From positions 3,232,001 through 3,296,000 of the forward strand of contig CM000208.1 of the NCBI GenBank assembly GCA_000002445.1: a stretch of 64,000 nt of DNA, in the 5' to 3' direction. This DNA comes from Trypanosoma brucei. Lineage: Eukaryota. Made by a program: the position numbers and the translations under genes. The notes under the pieces were generated by a model. It made no database searches and was not told the DNA's origin. It saw only the letters and a list, made by a program, of their open reading frames with translations. Below, in pieces: positions 21,908 to 31,939 of the stretch (position 1 is the first letter of the stretch; every line of letters starts with the position of its first letter).

Positions 21908-24106
21908 CTAAAACCGCCTTCGCGGAGGAGCTTTGGGTTTGTTCACAGTGTTTGCACAGCGTGGAATGTGTCGCTCCGCGACGTCCGGGGCAAACTTCCT
22001 CCCGCAGTGTGGACAGGGCGTGTAATGGCTGTTCTCACTATAGGTTGGGGGTGGAAGATTGCGCAAATTGCCGCCAGACTTCAGCACCTTGTCCACCATT
22101 CGCGCCTCCTTCAAGGATCGTCTGAATGCTTCGCTTTCGGCACGCCAATCTTTTTTCGGTGGCGCTGGGGCACTGGCGGTAGTATCGATCTTTTTGGCAA
22201 AACTCATGGCTTCGGTGCCTGCAAGACGCTGAGCCCGCATGTTGAACACCTTTCGCTGCTTCTGCGATGCGCATACGCGCTCGTGCCGCTGCAGTGCCTC
22301 TGGGGCAAACTTTCTGCCGCACTTCTGGCACTCCAGGCGCTCCCCAACTTCTGCCGCCTCGTAGTCAGTTGCCGTATAGGATTCCTGCGTGCATTTCTTC
22401 GGGGAAGAGGGTGAGAGATTGCCACGCCCCCTTGAGGGTACTTTGGGGCCACCGCGGTTATCCTCACTGCCTCCTATTTTAGTGTTTGCTTGCCTGAACC
22501 CTCCCGCTGAGTGTCGCTTGTCATCATTTGTTGTTGATGGCGGCGCCGTCGACAAAGCTCTCTGAGGAGCAGAAACTTCCTTAACCCCATGCGGAGTTAA
22601 CGTACATTCTGCTGCCGGAGGACCCTCACTAACGTCTTCGATAGTTTTCCTCTCAAGGACTTCGCCACATTCTTCGCAGTACTTCGCCGAGAGCTCCTCA
22701 ACAGTTTCACCACACCCTTTACAATACATAACTTCTTTGGTGGTTTTAGCGGGGGTTCGCGCTCCACCTACGGCAAGAGGCTCCGCGTCACCTAGGGCTC
22801 CTCCGCAGTTGTCACAGAAGTTACTATCAGCATCACATATAGCTCTACATGCTGGACAAGTCAGTACCCGCACAGTCGGTGCATTAACATTCTCAGCTCC
22901 TTCGCCCCGTTCGTCCGCTGATGCACCATTAACTGGCACTCCACACGTGCCGCAGAACCTAGATCCCTGGGGTATCGACTCTCCACATTGCGCACACGGT
23001 TTCGCAAGGTTCTTGGACGCCAGGTTAGCGCCGCATTCCCTGCAGTACTTTGCATTTTTATCATATTCAACGGCACTACACCGCGGGCACTCGCGCCCAT
23101 CCGCATCGACCGTTCCACCCTTCGGCAAACGTTTTAACTTTGGATTAATGTTAGAAAGTCTTCTGTTATGGTCTGTACCTATCGCAGAACCCCGCGATTG
23201 TGATCGTTCGGCGGTATCTGTAGCACCCCCCACATGGCTCCCCGTATTCGGTTGAGGGACCTTTCCTGTGGGAGGGCGAGATTGGGGTGCACTCGGTGCT
23301 GGGGGCGGTCTTGCCGTAGAACCGGGCTTGCAGGAGCGGAGATGCACCACCAAGCGATCCGCAAGAAACTTTCGACCGCAGTTGGGGCAAGGTTCCAAGT
23401 TTCTAACAAACTCAGCAAATTGTGCATCATTGTGCTCCTCAACATTACCACAACCCTCTCCCTTCCAGTTAAAGGAATCTGGATGCTTTGGTGGCTTGCC
23501 GCGTGTCTCCACATCTGCCGCCTCCCATTGCGCTAACTTCTTTGCGTAACATTGGGGCACGTGAATTCCGATAGAACTCGTCCCAAACTGCTGACCACAA
23601 AGGTAACATATTGGAAGCTGGGGCTTGGCTCCGGGGCCCATAGAAGCGGTCCGTTTCCCCTGTCCTCCCCGCTGACTATCCCTTGAGGGTGACGCGCCCC
23701 TACCGCTGGAAGCCAAGCTTCTGGTGCTTCCCGCTCTACTGCGGTTGGCACTTGCAGATGGGCAGCGACTGTCACCCTTACAACCGCGTAGGTGAACCGG
23801 AAGTCGATCGGGAAGGAACTTCCGTCCGCATCTATCACAAGGTACGAGATTGTTCGTAAATTCTTGGAACTGCTCATCCATCAGTTTCTCCGCACTCACT
23901 CCCGATCCCTGCCAGTTGACAGTGTCGGGGTGTTTGGGTCGCTTTCCGCGCGTGGCGGGGTCTGCCACTTCCCACTGCGCTACCTTCTTTGCGTAACACT
24001 GTGGTATGTGGATGCCTATTGAGGCGCTACCGAACTGTTGACCACATAGATAGCAGACACGCATCTGCGGCCGAGGCGCCGGCCCCTTGCTACGGGACGA
24101 CAGCAT
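21908..24106 (-). CDS. Multi-zinc-finger protein: repeated C2HC-type fingers (zf-C2HC_2 / ZC2HC1-like) plus four zinc-ribbon CxxC...CxxC modules
   Basis: 732-aa ORF with a true ATG. Repeated CYLCGQQFG[ST]xSIGIH[IV]PQC and CxxCGRKFxxDRLxVHLRxC motifs match C2HC fingers, and two more occur at the C-terminus (CQKCGRKFAPEALQRHERVC, CPHCGRKFAPDVAERHIPRC). The centre has four CxxC-x(8-12)-CxxCG zinc ribbons (CPRCSAVEYDKNAKYCRECGANL etc.). An approximately 150-aa N-terminal module is tandemly duplicated (see finding). Confidence 0.75.
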   Translation of the reverse strand: MLSSRSKGPAPRPQMRVCYLCGQQFGSASIGIHIPQCYAKKVAQWEVADPATRGKRPKHPDTVNWQGSGVSAEKLMDEQFQEFTNNLVPCDRCGRKFLPDRLPVHLRGCKGDSRCPSASANRSRAGSTRSLASSGRGASPSRDSQRGGQGKRTASMGPGAKPQLPICYLCGQQFGTSSIGIHVPQCYAKKLAQWEAADVETRGKPPKHPDSFNWKGEGCGNVEEHNDAQFAEFVRNLEPCPNCGRKFLADRLVVHLRSCKPGSTARPPPAPSAPQSRPPTGKVPQPNTGSHVGGATDTAERSQSRGSAIGTDHNRRLSNINPKLKRLPKGGTVDADGRECPRCSAVEYDKNAKYCRECGANLASKNLAKPCAQCGESIPQGSRFCGTCGVPVNGASADERGEGAENVNAPTVRVLTCPACRAICDADSNFCDNCGGALGDAEPLAVGGARTPAKTTKEVMYCKGCGETVEELSAKYCEECGEVLERKTIEDVSEGPPAAECTLTPHGVKEVSAPQRALSTAPPSTTNDDKRHSAGGFRQANTKIGGSEDNRGGPKVPSRGRGNLSPSSPKKCTQESYTATDYEAAEVGERLECQKCGRKFAPEALQRHERVCASQKQRKVFNMRAQRLAGTEAMSFAKKIDTTASAPAPPKKDWRAESEAFRRSLKEARMVDKVLKSGGNLRNLPPPTYSENSHYTPCPHCGRKFAPDVAERHIPRCANTVNKPKAPPRRRF

Positions 24107-24774
24107 CCCCTGACAATCTAAATAATATACACGTGATGCGCCGCAAAACTAAACTGTGTTCACGCGGGTTAGTCCGCAGTTGCACGCACTGCTATAGAAC
24201 AAAGGGAGGTGTTATGCAGAGTTCAAATGGAAAAAAAAAGGCGCAGTACACATTTTCTTTAGCATATGTAACTGTTTTGGTTTATAAAGTCTAGTAAAGA
24301 GAAACCACTGCACAAACTGTTGCCAATTGAACCCGATAAGTACAGCGCCACAAACAGTCTACTGATGCGGGACAGTGAATGAAAGGAGATATTGAGTACA
24401 ATCCAGACGCTACTTAGCAGTGGACGGACTTAAGAATGGCACTAACTTTCAACGGAACAAAAAAAGTCTTGTTGAAGTGGAACGCTCCTTTTTCCGATCC
24501 AACACTGATGGCTTCCCCCTCCTTCCTCCGAGTGGCACTGCAACCCCGCCTAAAACAATGGGGGTTAGAAAAAGGGAATAAAGGTGCTATTTCCCCTACC
24601 GACTCCAATAGCACCTAACTAAACGATTTTCGCTATCCCTAACTTATCTTTACAATTCCCAAGCATTCACCGCTACAAAAGGACAAAATCCCCTACGCTA
24701 CCTACAAGTGGGGTGAAGAGGTATCTCCAGACCGAAATGCTTGCTGAATGGCAACGCTGTCCTAACGACAACTA

Positions 24775-26232
24775 CTAATGAATAGCCACAGGTCCGGGAT
24801 TCTTCACATTAGAGGGATATTTGGCACCCTCCAACGGACGAATACGGAACTGCTGCCCTGGATAGATCTCTTGCGCAAGCGCCTCCAAACCGTCTGTGCG
24901 ACCAAAACCGGGTTCCGCCTTTGCGCGGTGGATTCCAAACTTCTTAGCATTCTCCTCCTCTAAATCAAACGCGGCTTTGTCAGCTGCTTCCAGGGCCTTG
25001 TAGGACACGTCAAGCTCATGCAATGGAGGGAGCTTCACTTTGCCCTTCTCAATTGCAGCAGCCTCCGCTATTGTGTGTGGGGCATACGCGATTCGTTCCC
25101 ATGATGCAAGACGATCGAAAAGAGTGCTACGACGATTCACCTGATCGAGTTCATAAGTAACAATCCAGTTGTCATCAAACCACGGGTTTGGAACCACCCA
25201 CGGTAAAAGTTTTCCAAAAAATCGTCCTATGCCACGGTAACATGGGACGACGAGGCGCGCGTCGAAGTGGGATGCAATGTCGCGGAACGCCTCAACATGC
25301 GTTAAAGTCTGGGGTCCTCCCAGATCAAACTTGTAGCGCACGGCCCGTCGGGACATGGAACAACGGACAACAGCTCGGGCAGCGTCAACAACCCAAGTTG
25401 GTTGCACTAGAGAGTTCGGAAAGCACGCAGGATAGATGTAGCGGCCCAACCCTCGGTAGCGGTAATTCTTCCCGTACAGCGGTCCGAAGCGAATAATCGT
25501 GGCGTCCGGATGGTTTGCGCCCACAGCGTCTTCGGCTCGAGCGCGAAAGTCGCAGTAGTTGGACTCTGAGGCAAATGTTGCGTCCAATCCATTGCAGAAT
25601 ATGACACGCTCCGCCCGTACGCTGCGCGCTGTCCAACTTACGTTTGTTGACCCCGTCAGAAAGACGTCGTGATGGCTGTTGTTAGCGTATTCAGCGTGGT
25701 AATCAACAGCGAAAACGAGGGTGTCACTTCCATTGGCCGCAACGTTAACCTGGATGCGGTCGGTTACATCGCACTCATGAAGTTCAATTTTTTCAGGGTA
25801 TTTTTGCAGCAAGAGATCCAAATCCGACCCCTCTGGTATCAGTGTGGGGTACCGCGTAGTGGCACGCACTTTCTCAATGTCTTTGTGCTCACAAAACTCA
25901 CGCACAATTTCTCCACCGAGGTACCCGCTAGCCCCGAACACTGTTACCCGTTTCGCCGGTTTTGGGTTAAGCCTACGTCGTTCGTGTGGCAACCGGACGG
26001 CGGGATTAGGGACAAGCATCGCCGCCCAGTAAGGACCTCGCTCGTACCCAAACTCACCACCGGTCGTTTTTGGCTTCCGAGTGGGGTACATCTGCTCAAG
26101 ATCCTTTCGATCAAGAAACATGGACTCCGGTTGATGTCCATATGGGTCCCAGAAATAGCGTACAGGGCCCACAACGGGCGCCACTGTGCACGGTATGCCT
26201 CCCGTGACGCGCTCTCCTACACGGCGCAACAT
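24775..26232 (-). CDS. NAD(P)-binding Rossmann-fold protein of the NmrA/atypical-SDR epimerase family, probably mitochondrial (NDUFA9/complex I 39-kDa-like)
   Basis: 485-aa ORF with a true ATG. The N-terminus MLRRVGERVTGG... looks like a mitochondrial presequence. A Rossmann loop VTVFGASGYLGGEIV follows about 100 aa in. Downstream motifs (IRFGPLYGKNYRYRGL, NGLDATF) resemble NDUFA9-type proteins. An A16 run (T16 on the coding strand) plus an AG lie immediately upstream of the ATG. Confidence 0.6.
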   Translation of the reverse strand: MLRRVGERVTGGIPCTVAPVVGPVRYFWDPYGHQPESMFLDRKDLEQMYPTRKPKTTGGEFGYERGPYWAAMLVPNPAVRLPHERRRLNPKPAKRVTVFGASGYLGGEIVREFCEHKDIEKVRATTRYPTLIPEGSDLDLLLQKYPEKIELHECDVTDRIQVNVAANGSDTLVFAVDYHAEYANNSHHDVFLTGSTNVSWTARSVRAERVIFCNGLDATFASESNYCDFRARAEDAVGANHPDATIIRFGPLYGKNYRYRGLGRYIYPACFPNSLVQPTWVVDAARAVVRCSMSRRAVRYKFDLGGPQTLTHVEAFRDIASHFDARLVVPCYRGIGRFFGKLLPWVVPNPWFDDNWIVTYELDQVNRRSTLFDRLASWERIAYAPHTIAEAAAIEKGKVKLPPLHELDVSYKALEAADKAAFDLEEENAKKFGIHRAKAEPGFGRTDGLEALAQEIYPGQQFRIRPLEGAKYPSNVKNPGPVAIH

Positions 26233-26246
26233 GCCGCCTCAATGCC

Positions 26247-26262
26247 AAAAAAAAAAAAAAAA
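26247..26262 (-). promoter_or_regulatory. T16 homopolymer on the coding strand plus AG, 8 nt upstream of the NDUFA9-like ATG (trans-splice signal)
   Basis: Plus-strand A16 at 26247-26262. Minus strand reads TTTTTTTTTTTTTTTTGGCATTGAGGCGGC-ATG. Confidence 0.45.
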
Positions 26263-26927
26263 CAGCGCCGCTTGTACTTCCACCCCTGCGTATGTGTCCG
26301 TGTACGTGCGCTCCGCCACGTTGCCTAACTATACTGTCCCGCGAGGTTCGTACCAGAAGCAAAGAAGGGATAATTTGCGATGATACAAAGAGAAAGTTAA
26401 CAGCTGACGGCGTGGAGGAATGCTTCGCCACAAAGGCGCGACAAACATCCGTATGTCCGTTGACGTTGAAATACTTAGGCTCATCTTCTTCAACGGCGAT
26501 TCGTTGTCGTCCCCCTCTGACTCCAACACACCCATCTTCTCAGAATTGGTGCATGCGAGTTTATTGCTCCTCCCATGGCCTTCCCATGTTCAATTATTCA
26601 CAAAGAATTTATGACCTTAGTGTTTTCTAGGTTCATACCGGTAAGAGATTAGATGCATAGTGTTCCCGCTTCCTTTCACTTTTTCCTCCTCGACGTATCT
26701 TCAAATAGGGTCAGTAGTGTATGCTGCTGTATGATTAACAGGACATGCTGTCACGTAAAATAGAATGAGAACACGACGCCTACCACTTTCCCAGACGAAC
26801 TACCTCCCCTTTCATTGTTGCTGTTCAGAGGTGGTAAACGAAAAGAGTGATGAGTGTAGAGCCGATGTGCATGAGCAACAAGATCAGACCCAGAGAAATG
26901 TGGCAGCAACCCGCCGGCCTCGCCATC

Positions 26928-29351
26928 CTATCTCTTCAGCACAATGGTCCAGTCGTCACTTATTGGAAGATCCGGGTTCCGCAGTACAAGGGACCCGTCC
27001 TCTATCTCACAGTCAACTTCCCGTCCCATAATGACTGACTGCGTTGGCACTTCTATCATGGCCACCTTCGGCTTTCCTTCGTACCCGAGAATGATAATCC
27101 TTTCCACCCTGTTCTTTGCGGTAAACATCGCATTCGCCGTCGAATTAGGGTGCACCGTGTTGACAAGGCGGCCATCAGTAAATGACAGCAGTCTGTGGAT
27201 GTATGCCCCCGACTCATAGTTAAATGACTCTCCGTCATCAATGAATAATTCTCCCGCACTATTGCCTTTATCGTTCAGCGCGACGTAGAGGGTGAAGGGA
27301 TCATGCTTGGTTCCGAATGTCCCTCTACGCATGCGCAACTTTGCTGGAATGATGTGGCCACCGCGGAGAAAAAACGGTATAGAGTCCATATCCACTTTGA
27401 CGCGGTGCTGGCCTGGCAGGACCACTTCACCAGTGGCATAAGAATACCATTTACTGCCGCTAGGAATGGGAATAACCTTTTCTGTCTCACCTTCGTTGAT
27501 GACAGGCGATGCAAGCAGCGACGGACCAAACATGAAAGTGTACTGTTCATCATAGAATTGTTCCTCATGGGGGAACTCATAAAAGAGGGGCCTCATGATA
27601 GTTGAGCCAGTCCTATGGCTGATGAAGAACTGTGTGTAGATGTAGGGGAGAAGCGAATAGCGAAGCGCCAGGGCGGCACGGATTCTGTCCGTCGCGGCCC
27701 CACCGAACATCCATGGTTCACGACGCTTCGTTTCCAAGTGTGAATGCGTCCGCATAAACGGGTAGAAAACGGCTGCCTGCATCCACCGCACGAAGAGTTC
27801 CTCGCTTGGATCAAAGAAGAAGCCACCCGCATCCGCACCAATGAAAACGTAGTTGGAGACCGAAAGGGACAGAAGTTCTGGGAAGGAATTCTGTAGGTGA
27901 TCCCACTTTGCCATGTTGTCTCCGGTCCACATGGCTGAATAACGCTGTGAGCCAGAGAAGAAGCTCCGTGTAAGAATGAAGGGCCGCTTCACGTGGTCAA
28001 GTCCTTTGCTGGACTCCAAGTGCCCCTGGTGTGCGCTCATCACGGTATACAGCGAATATATGTTGTGAATGTATTTGTTATCAACCAACTTCCCGCTATC
28101 ACTGGTGTGTTTGGCATCGCGACGAATTGTCTTTTCAGGTCCATCAAATATGGATGGTTCGTTCATATCAACCCATGTGTGAACATCATGGCTTCCCCCC
28201 TCATACCTATCGTGGTGAAAGAATGTGGCGTACCAGTCCCGTGTCCTTTTGTTATAAAAATCCGGCCACGAACTGCGACCCGGCCAGCATTGCCCAACGT
28301 AGGGCCCGTCCCCACTGCTGCTCTTCACGTAGTAATCACCCTGCATGGCCTCATCGTGTACAAAATAGCCCGGCTCGACCCTAACGTGAGGATCTTTGAT
28401 AGTTACAAGCTTTCGTCCTTTTGAGGCTAACGTCCCAACAAGCAACTTAGGGTCGGGAAATGTGTCCTTGTCCCACGTAAAATATTTTTTGTTATCAGTG
28501 TGTTCGATGTCAAGCCAGAGAACGTCGTAGGGAAGATTGTGTTGGTCGAAGCCTTGATCAACACCGAGCGAGTCCTCCGTACTGCGGTAATTCCACCTGC
28601 ACTGGTGAAAACCCAGGCTGAAGTATGGGGGAAGAATTGTAGGACCCGTGATAGAGGCATGTTGTTGTTGCACTAGGGCAGGTGTGGGGCCTGGAAAGAA
28701 GAATAAATCAACTAACCCAGCCTCAGCGTCCCACTGGCAACCCATCCCATTTTCGGACAGCACTTTTACCTTCATTCCGGCACTGTTGAGGAAGAGCACA
28801 CCAGTGGTTACTTTCACTGAGTGCGCGATGAGAAAGGGAATAGAACCATACAGTGGTTGGGGGTCGTTGATTTTATACTGAAATGCGTCTGTGTTGTACA
28901 TCAGATAGGTGACATCTCCCTTCAGAGCCAGATCCATAGAATGCTCCGGAATGCCGTAGAGACGCTGAGCAACTGGAAAGGAAAAGTTCACAGATGGTTC
29001 CTCTAGGTGATCCAATGATAGATCCACAGAGGTCAGCATGGAGCCAGCACACTGGTAATTTGCCTGGAATCTGTTTCCTTCCACTGTAGTGGTGATGGCA
29101 CAGTTCCCACTGGAAATTGTGCAACTAGCACCGTCGCACTTTGATTGAAGTTCCCCGACCACTGGTTCCCTTACCACTACCGAATCCACCTCATAAAACC
29201 AGTCCTTATTTGGCTTCAACACAAGACGGAGTATTCCCTCGCCATAGTCCGAGGCATCAAGGTTGAACTCGGAATTCAGCTTCGTGATTTCTTTACTTCT
29301 GACAGTGGTGACGGAGAGGAAAATCAACGATAGCACAAGCGATAGCATCAT
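26928..29351 (-). CDS. ER alpha-glucosidase II catalytic (alpha) subunit, glycoside hydrolase family 31
   Basis: 807-aa ORF. The track's first codon is GTG; the true ATG-ATG is at 29351..29346 (MMLSLVLSLIFLSVTTVRS, a signal peptide). Diagnostic GH31 active-site region is DVLWLDIEHTDNKKYFTWD plus catalytic HTWVDMNEPS. Length and domain order match glucosidase II alpha. Confidence 0.9.
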   Translation of the reverse strand: MMLSLVLSLIFLSVTTVRSKEITKLNSEFNLDASDYGEGILRLVLKPNKDWFYEVDSVVVREPVVGELQSKCDGASCTISSGNCAITTTVEGNRFQANYQCAGSMLTSVDLSLDHLEEPSVNFSFPVAQRLYGIPEHSMDLALKGDVTYLMYNTDAFQYKINDPQPLYGSIPFLIAHSVKVTTGVLFLNSAGMKVKVLSENGMGCQWDAEAGLVDLFFFPGPTPALVQQQHASITGPTILPPYFSLGFHQCRWNYRSTEDSLGVDQGFDQHNLPYDVLWLDIEHTDNKKYFTWDKDTFPDPKLLVGTLASKGRKLVTIKDPHVRVEPGYFVHDEAMQGDYYVKSSSGDGPYVGQCWPGRSSWPDFYNKRTRDWYATFFHHDRYEGGSHDVHTWVDMNEPSIFDGPEKTIRRDAKHTSDSGKLVDNKYIHNIYSLYTVMSAHQGHLESSKGLDHVKRPFILTRSFFSGSQRYSAMWTGDNMAKWDHLQNSFPELLSLSVSNYVFIGADAGGFFFDPSEELFVRWMQAAVFYPFMRTHSHLETKRREPWMFGGAATDRIRAALALRYSLLPYIYTQFFISHRTGSTIMRPLFYEFPHEEQFYDEQYTFMFGPSLLASPVINEGETEKVIPIPSGSKWYSYATGEVVLPGQHRVKVDMDSIPFFLRGGHIIPAKLRMRRGTFGTKHDPFTLYVALNDKGNSAGELFIDDGESFNYESGAYIHRLLSFTDGRLVNTVHPNSTANAMFTAKNRVERIIILGYEGKPKVAMIEVPTQSVIMGREVDCEIEDGSLVLRNPDLPISDDWTIVLKR

Positions 29352-29592
29352 CACTGCTAGTTTTTCCTACTCAAGCAAACAACAATAGCGAAAAAATACT
29401 GAAAAAAAAATATATACATATATATGGCTGTGTATTGTTAGAACAGCGTTGATTAAGCTAACTTCAGTAACGGGAGGAGAACGATCACCTTGAAGGCATT
29501 GTAGTCCACATCCCTACTCCCACGTATGTGAAATTCAATAAACACACATATATACACGTGTATGTCCGTACGTGGATGAAGGATGCATATGC

Positions 29593-29621
29593 GTGTGTGT
29601 GTGTGTGTAGGGGGGGGGGGG
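29593..29621. repeat. (GT)8 followed by a G12 homopolymer
   Basis: Direct read: gtgtgtgtgtgtgtgt a gggggggggggg, between the PNKP-like gene and the glucosidase II start. Confidence 0.95.
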
Positions 29622-29796
29622 AACTTACGGCTAATTGATGCTGGTAATGGTGTGATTCCTTCTGCATCTGCGCCTCGCGCATCTACTGTATCCGCAATCC
29701 ACACAAATAGAGGTACGTACACAAAAATATTTTGGCTCGACCATCTGTGGGGTAAGTGCCGCCGATGTGTGAAAAAGGGAGATGCACGAAGATGTG

Positions 29797-31377
29797 TTAA
29801 CCATCCTCGTGACCCAGCACTTCCCGGCTCACCGTCGCTCCGTCAACGTACCTAAGCCCACAATTTATCGCAAAAAGCACATCTCTACGCCCCTGACACC
29901 CCATATCCCTGTGCTCTTCATCCGGATTTACCGTCAACCCTACGAGCAGGGAGTCCCTCTCCGCCCGCATTCCACCATTGAGTTGTGTAACGAAGAACTC
30001 CCACAAGCCGGAATGAGGGAGTACAAAGGGAATGGCGTCTCGTCTGCGCGATCCGCTGATGTTGGACACTGCAGAGATTACCACCGTCACGTCCGCCGTG
30101 AAGTGCTGCCTACATAATTCGGCGATAGGTATTAACTTCGTGTGAAGCGCGTAGTGGTTCCCATGGTGGAGAGCAGGGTAGTGGTCGAGTAGCACGATCC
30201 GATATCCCCTTTCCGACAGAGCACGCGCGACTTCAGGCAATTTTTCATCAACCAATGACCACAACGGTCCTTCATTGTGCGCACCGGGCTTTGCAGGTTC
30301 ACGCTTCAGCAACACATTGTCGATGATAAAAACAGCAATAAGACGCTCGGAATCTGTATGAGTGGACGTGCTAGGGCCCTCTCCCTCGCCACCGCGGCGG
30401 AACACACGATAAATCACTCGCTCATCTGGTACGTTCCAGATGCAACCCAGCACATTAAGTGATGTCATTCGTTTGTTTTGCGTAACAAAGTGGAGCGGTG
30501 GGGCATTACACACCTGAATTAAATTGTCTAACGTTTCCCTGATAATGACACCCTCACGTGGTGTACTCTTACCGCCTCTCAGTGTCACCAACGCCTCCTG
30601 CAGGAACCCATCAAATGCAGCATCACTCCTCGCACGTTTATTCACCTGCCCTGCGGACGTATCCGTGCTCGCTGGTGCCGTCGGAACACTACCAACAGTC
30701 AACCCCGAATCCGACAATGCTTGCTTCTTCGCTACTTTAGGCTGCGGTTCAGCGTCAGAAAGGCAAGACCCCTCGGCCAACGCTTGTGCGGGTGTAACTG
30801 AACGGTGCATGACCGTTAACCCTGATGGGATACGCTTGCTTGCCATTGCTTTGGAAGCCCGAGCAAAAATAGTGCAGTCTGTCGGAATGGCAGAGAGTGG
30901 AAATGCAAAGTTCCTCTCGTCAGCAAACAGCACAGGCACCAGCGCGAGGATCTCGCTCCTGCGGGTGGTTAATTTTCCAGTTTTGTGGTTCAGGAGCACG
31001 GCAGCTGTACTTGGTGAGAGTACAACTGGGGTATCGTCCTTTGCGCGAGCCGGGCGCAGCAACTGCAACGGAAGCCATACGTCCGTGACATTCACCCTTT
31101 TCGCGGCACAGAATCGCCCTAATGTTTCACCTTGCTCGCTTGGCAGCAACTGAAAGGTTTCGGCCATCCATTCAGCCCTTCGGGGCGTTGTAGAATTGAA
31201 AAGACAGAACCATTGCCAGTCACCACGAGAAACAAGGAAGCGGGAGAGGAGAGCAACTAAGGAGAAATCAGGACAACGTAACAACAAAGAACAAATCTCG
31301 TCAGAAGTAACAGCGATAAGAGTGGGAGAAGCGAAATCATTGAGGTATCCACGTGACGGGAAAGTGAGTCTTAACAT
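29797..31377 (-). CDS. Protein with a PNKP-type DNA 3'-phosphatase (HAD superfamily) domain; no kinase P-loop detected
   Basis: 526-aa ORF with a true ATG. The C-terminal third aligns by eye to the polynucleotide kinase/phosphatase phosphatase domain: IAVFIIDNVLLK versus human AGFDLDGTLI; GYRIVLLDHY versus GYKLVIFTNQ; DVLFAINCGLRYV versus DRLFALNLGLPFA. No Walker-A kinase motif follows. The second catalytic Asp of HAD motif I appears replaced. Confidence 0.5.
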   Translation of the reverse strand: MLRLTFPSRGYLNDFASPTLIAVTSDEICSLLLRCPDFSLVALLSRFLVSRGDWQWFCLFNSTTPRRAEWMAETFQLLPSEQGETLGRFCAAKRVNVTDVWLPLQLLRPARAKDDTPVVLSPSTAAVLLNHKTGKLTTRRSEILALVPVLFADERNFAFPLSAIPTDCTIFARASKAMASKRIPSGLTVMHRSVTPAQALAEGSCLSDAEPQPKVAKKQALSDSGLTVGSVPTAPASTDTSAGQVNKRARSDAAFDGFLQEALVTLRGGKSTPREGVIIRETLDNLIQVCNAPPLHFVTQNKRMTSLNVLGCIWNVPDERVIYRVFRRGGEGEGPSTSTHTDSERLIAVFIIDNVLLKREPAKPGAHNEGPLWSLVDEKLPEVARALSERGYRIVLLDHYPALHHGNHYALHTKLIPIAELCRQHFTADVTVVISAVSNISGSRRRDAIPFVLPHSGLWEFFVTQLNGGMRAERDSLLVGLTVNPDEEHRDMGCQGRRDVLFAINCGLRYVDGATVSREVLGHEDG

Positions 31378-31555
31378 AGCTCTCTCTCACGCACACTCCC
31401 CTGGCAGTTACCGGCGAAGCGCGTAACAGGCCCACGAACATATTCCACCTCGAGTGTCTTTCTCTTGGATAAGAACGCTACGAATAATTCGGTATCGCGA
31501 TCACTACCCTTAACGGACGAGAGTCGGGGAGGGATACCGGGGGAGCACGGTTCCG

Positions 31556-31939
31556 TTATTGATCTCGCTTTTCCCATGCTTCCACAAAGATATTGTAGTC
31601 AAGGAAGCCGTCACTAACAAAGTCCAACACGTCTTCGGAGATTTCCTCTTTGCGCGACTCCAGTATGCGAACAGCATTCTCCATCGATCCGATGCTCTGA
31701 CAGTTTTTCAGCACATGTTCATCTAAATCTGCATCAACGCGTTTGAGTAACTCCCTATGAATTTTATGTCGCTCGTGCTCATCAGAGACGGAGAAAAAGG
31801 GCGGTAACTTCGCCAACATGGCGTCCTGGTCCAGATTTACCATAAAATCCTCTATGGCACCCACCAGCTGATCAAATTGGGCATCTTCGGCGCTTCCGCA
31901 GTCGCCATATACAACGAACTCACCTTCCTCACTATCCAT
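31556..31939 (-). CDS. BART-domain protein (ARL2-binding protein / CFAP36-like)
   Basis: 127-aa ORF with a true ATG. DAQFDQLVGAIEDFMVNLDQDAMLAKLPPFF parallels the BART-domain start (DAEFDAVVGxLEDIIMDDEFQ...) of ARL2BP/CFAP36. Size and the acidic N-terminus fit. Confidence 0.5.
   Translation of the reverse strand: MDSEEGEFVVYGDCGSAEDAQFDQLVGAIEDFMVNLDQDAMLAKLPPFFSVSDEHERHKIHRELLKRVDADLDEHVLKNCQSIGSMENAVRILESRKEEISEDVLDFVSDGFLDYNIFVEAWEKRDQ

Noticed and set aside
21770-22414. Long plus-strand ORFs (21770..22414, 25669..26328, 30524..31153, 52676..53347, 48159..48764; 200-223 aa) antisense to the zinc-finger, NDUFA9-like, PNKP-like, E-Syt and RRM genes
   Set aside because: They lie entirely within well-supported minus-strand genes, have low-complexity R/S/P/A-rich composition typical of shadow ORFs in GC-rich coding DNA, and show no recognisable motifs. 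All supported genes are on one strand, as expected for a polycistronic unit.
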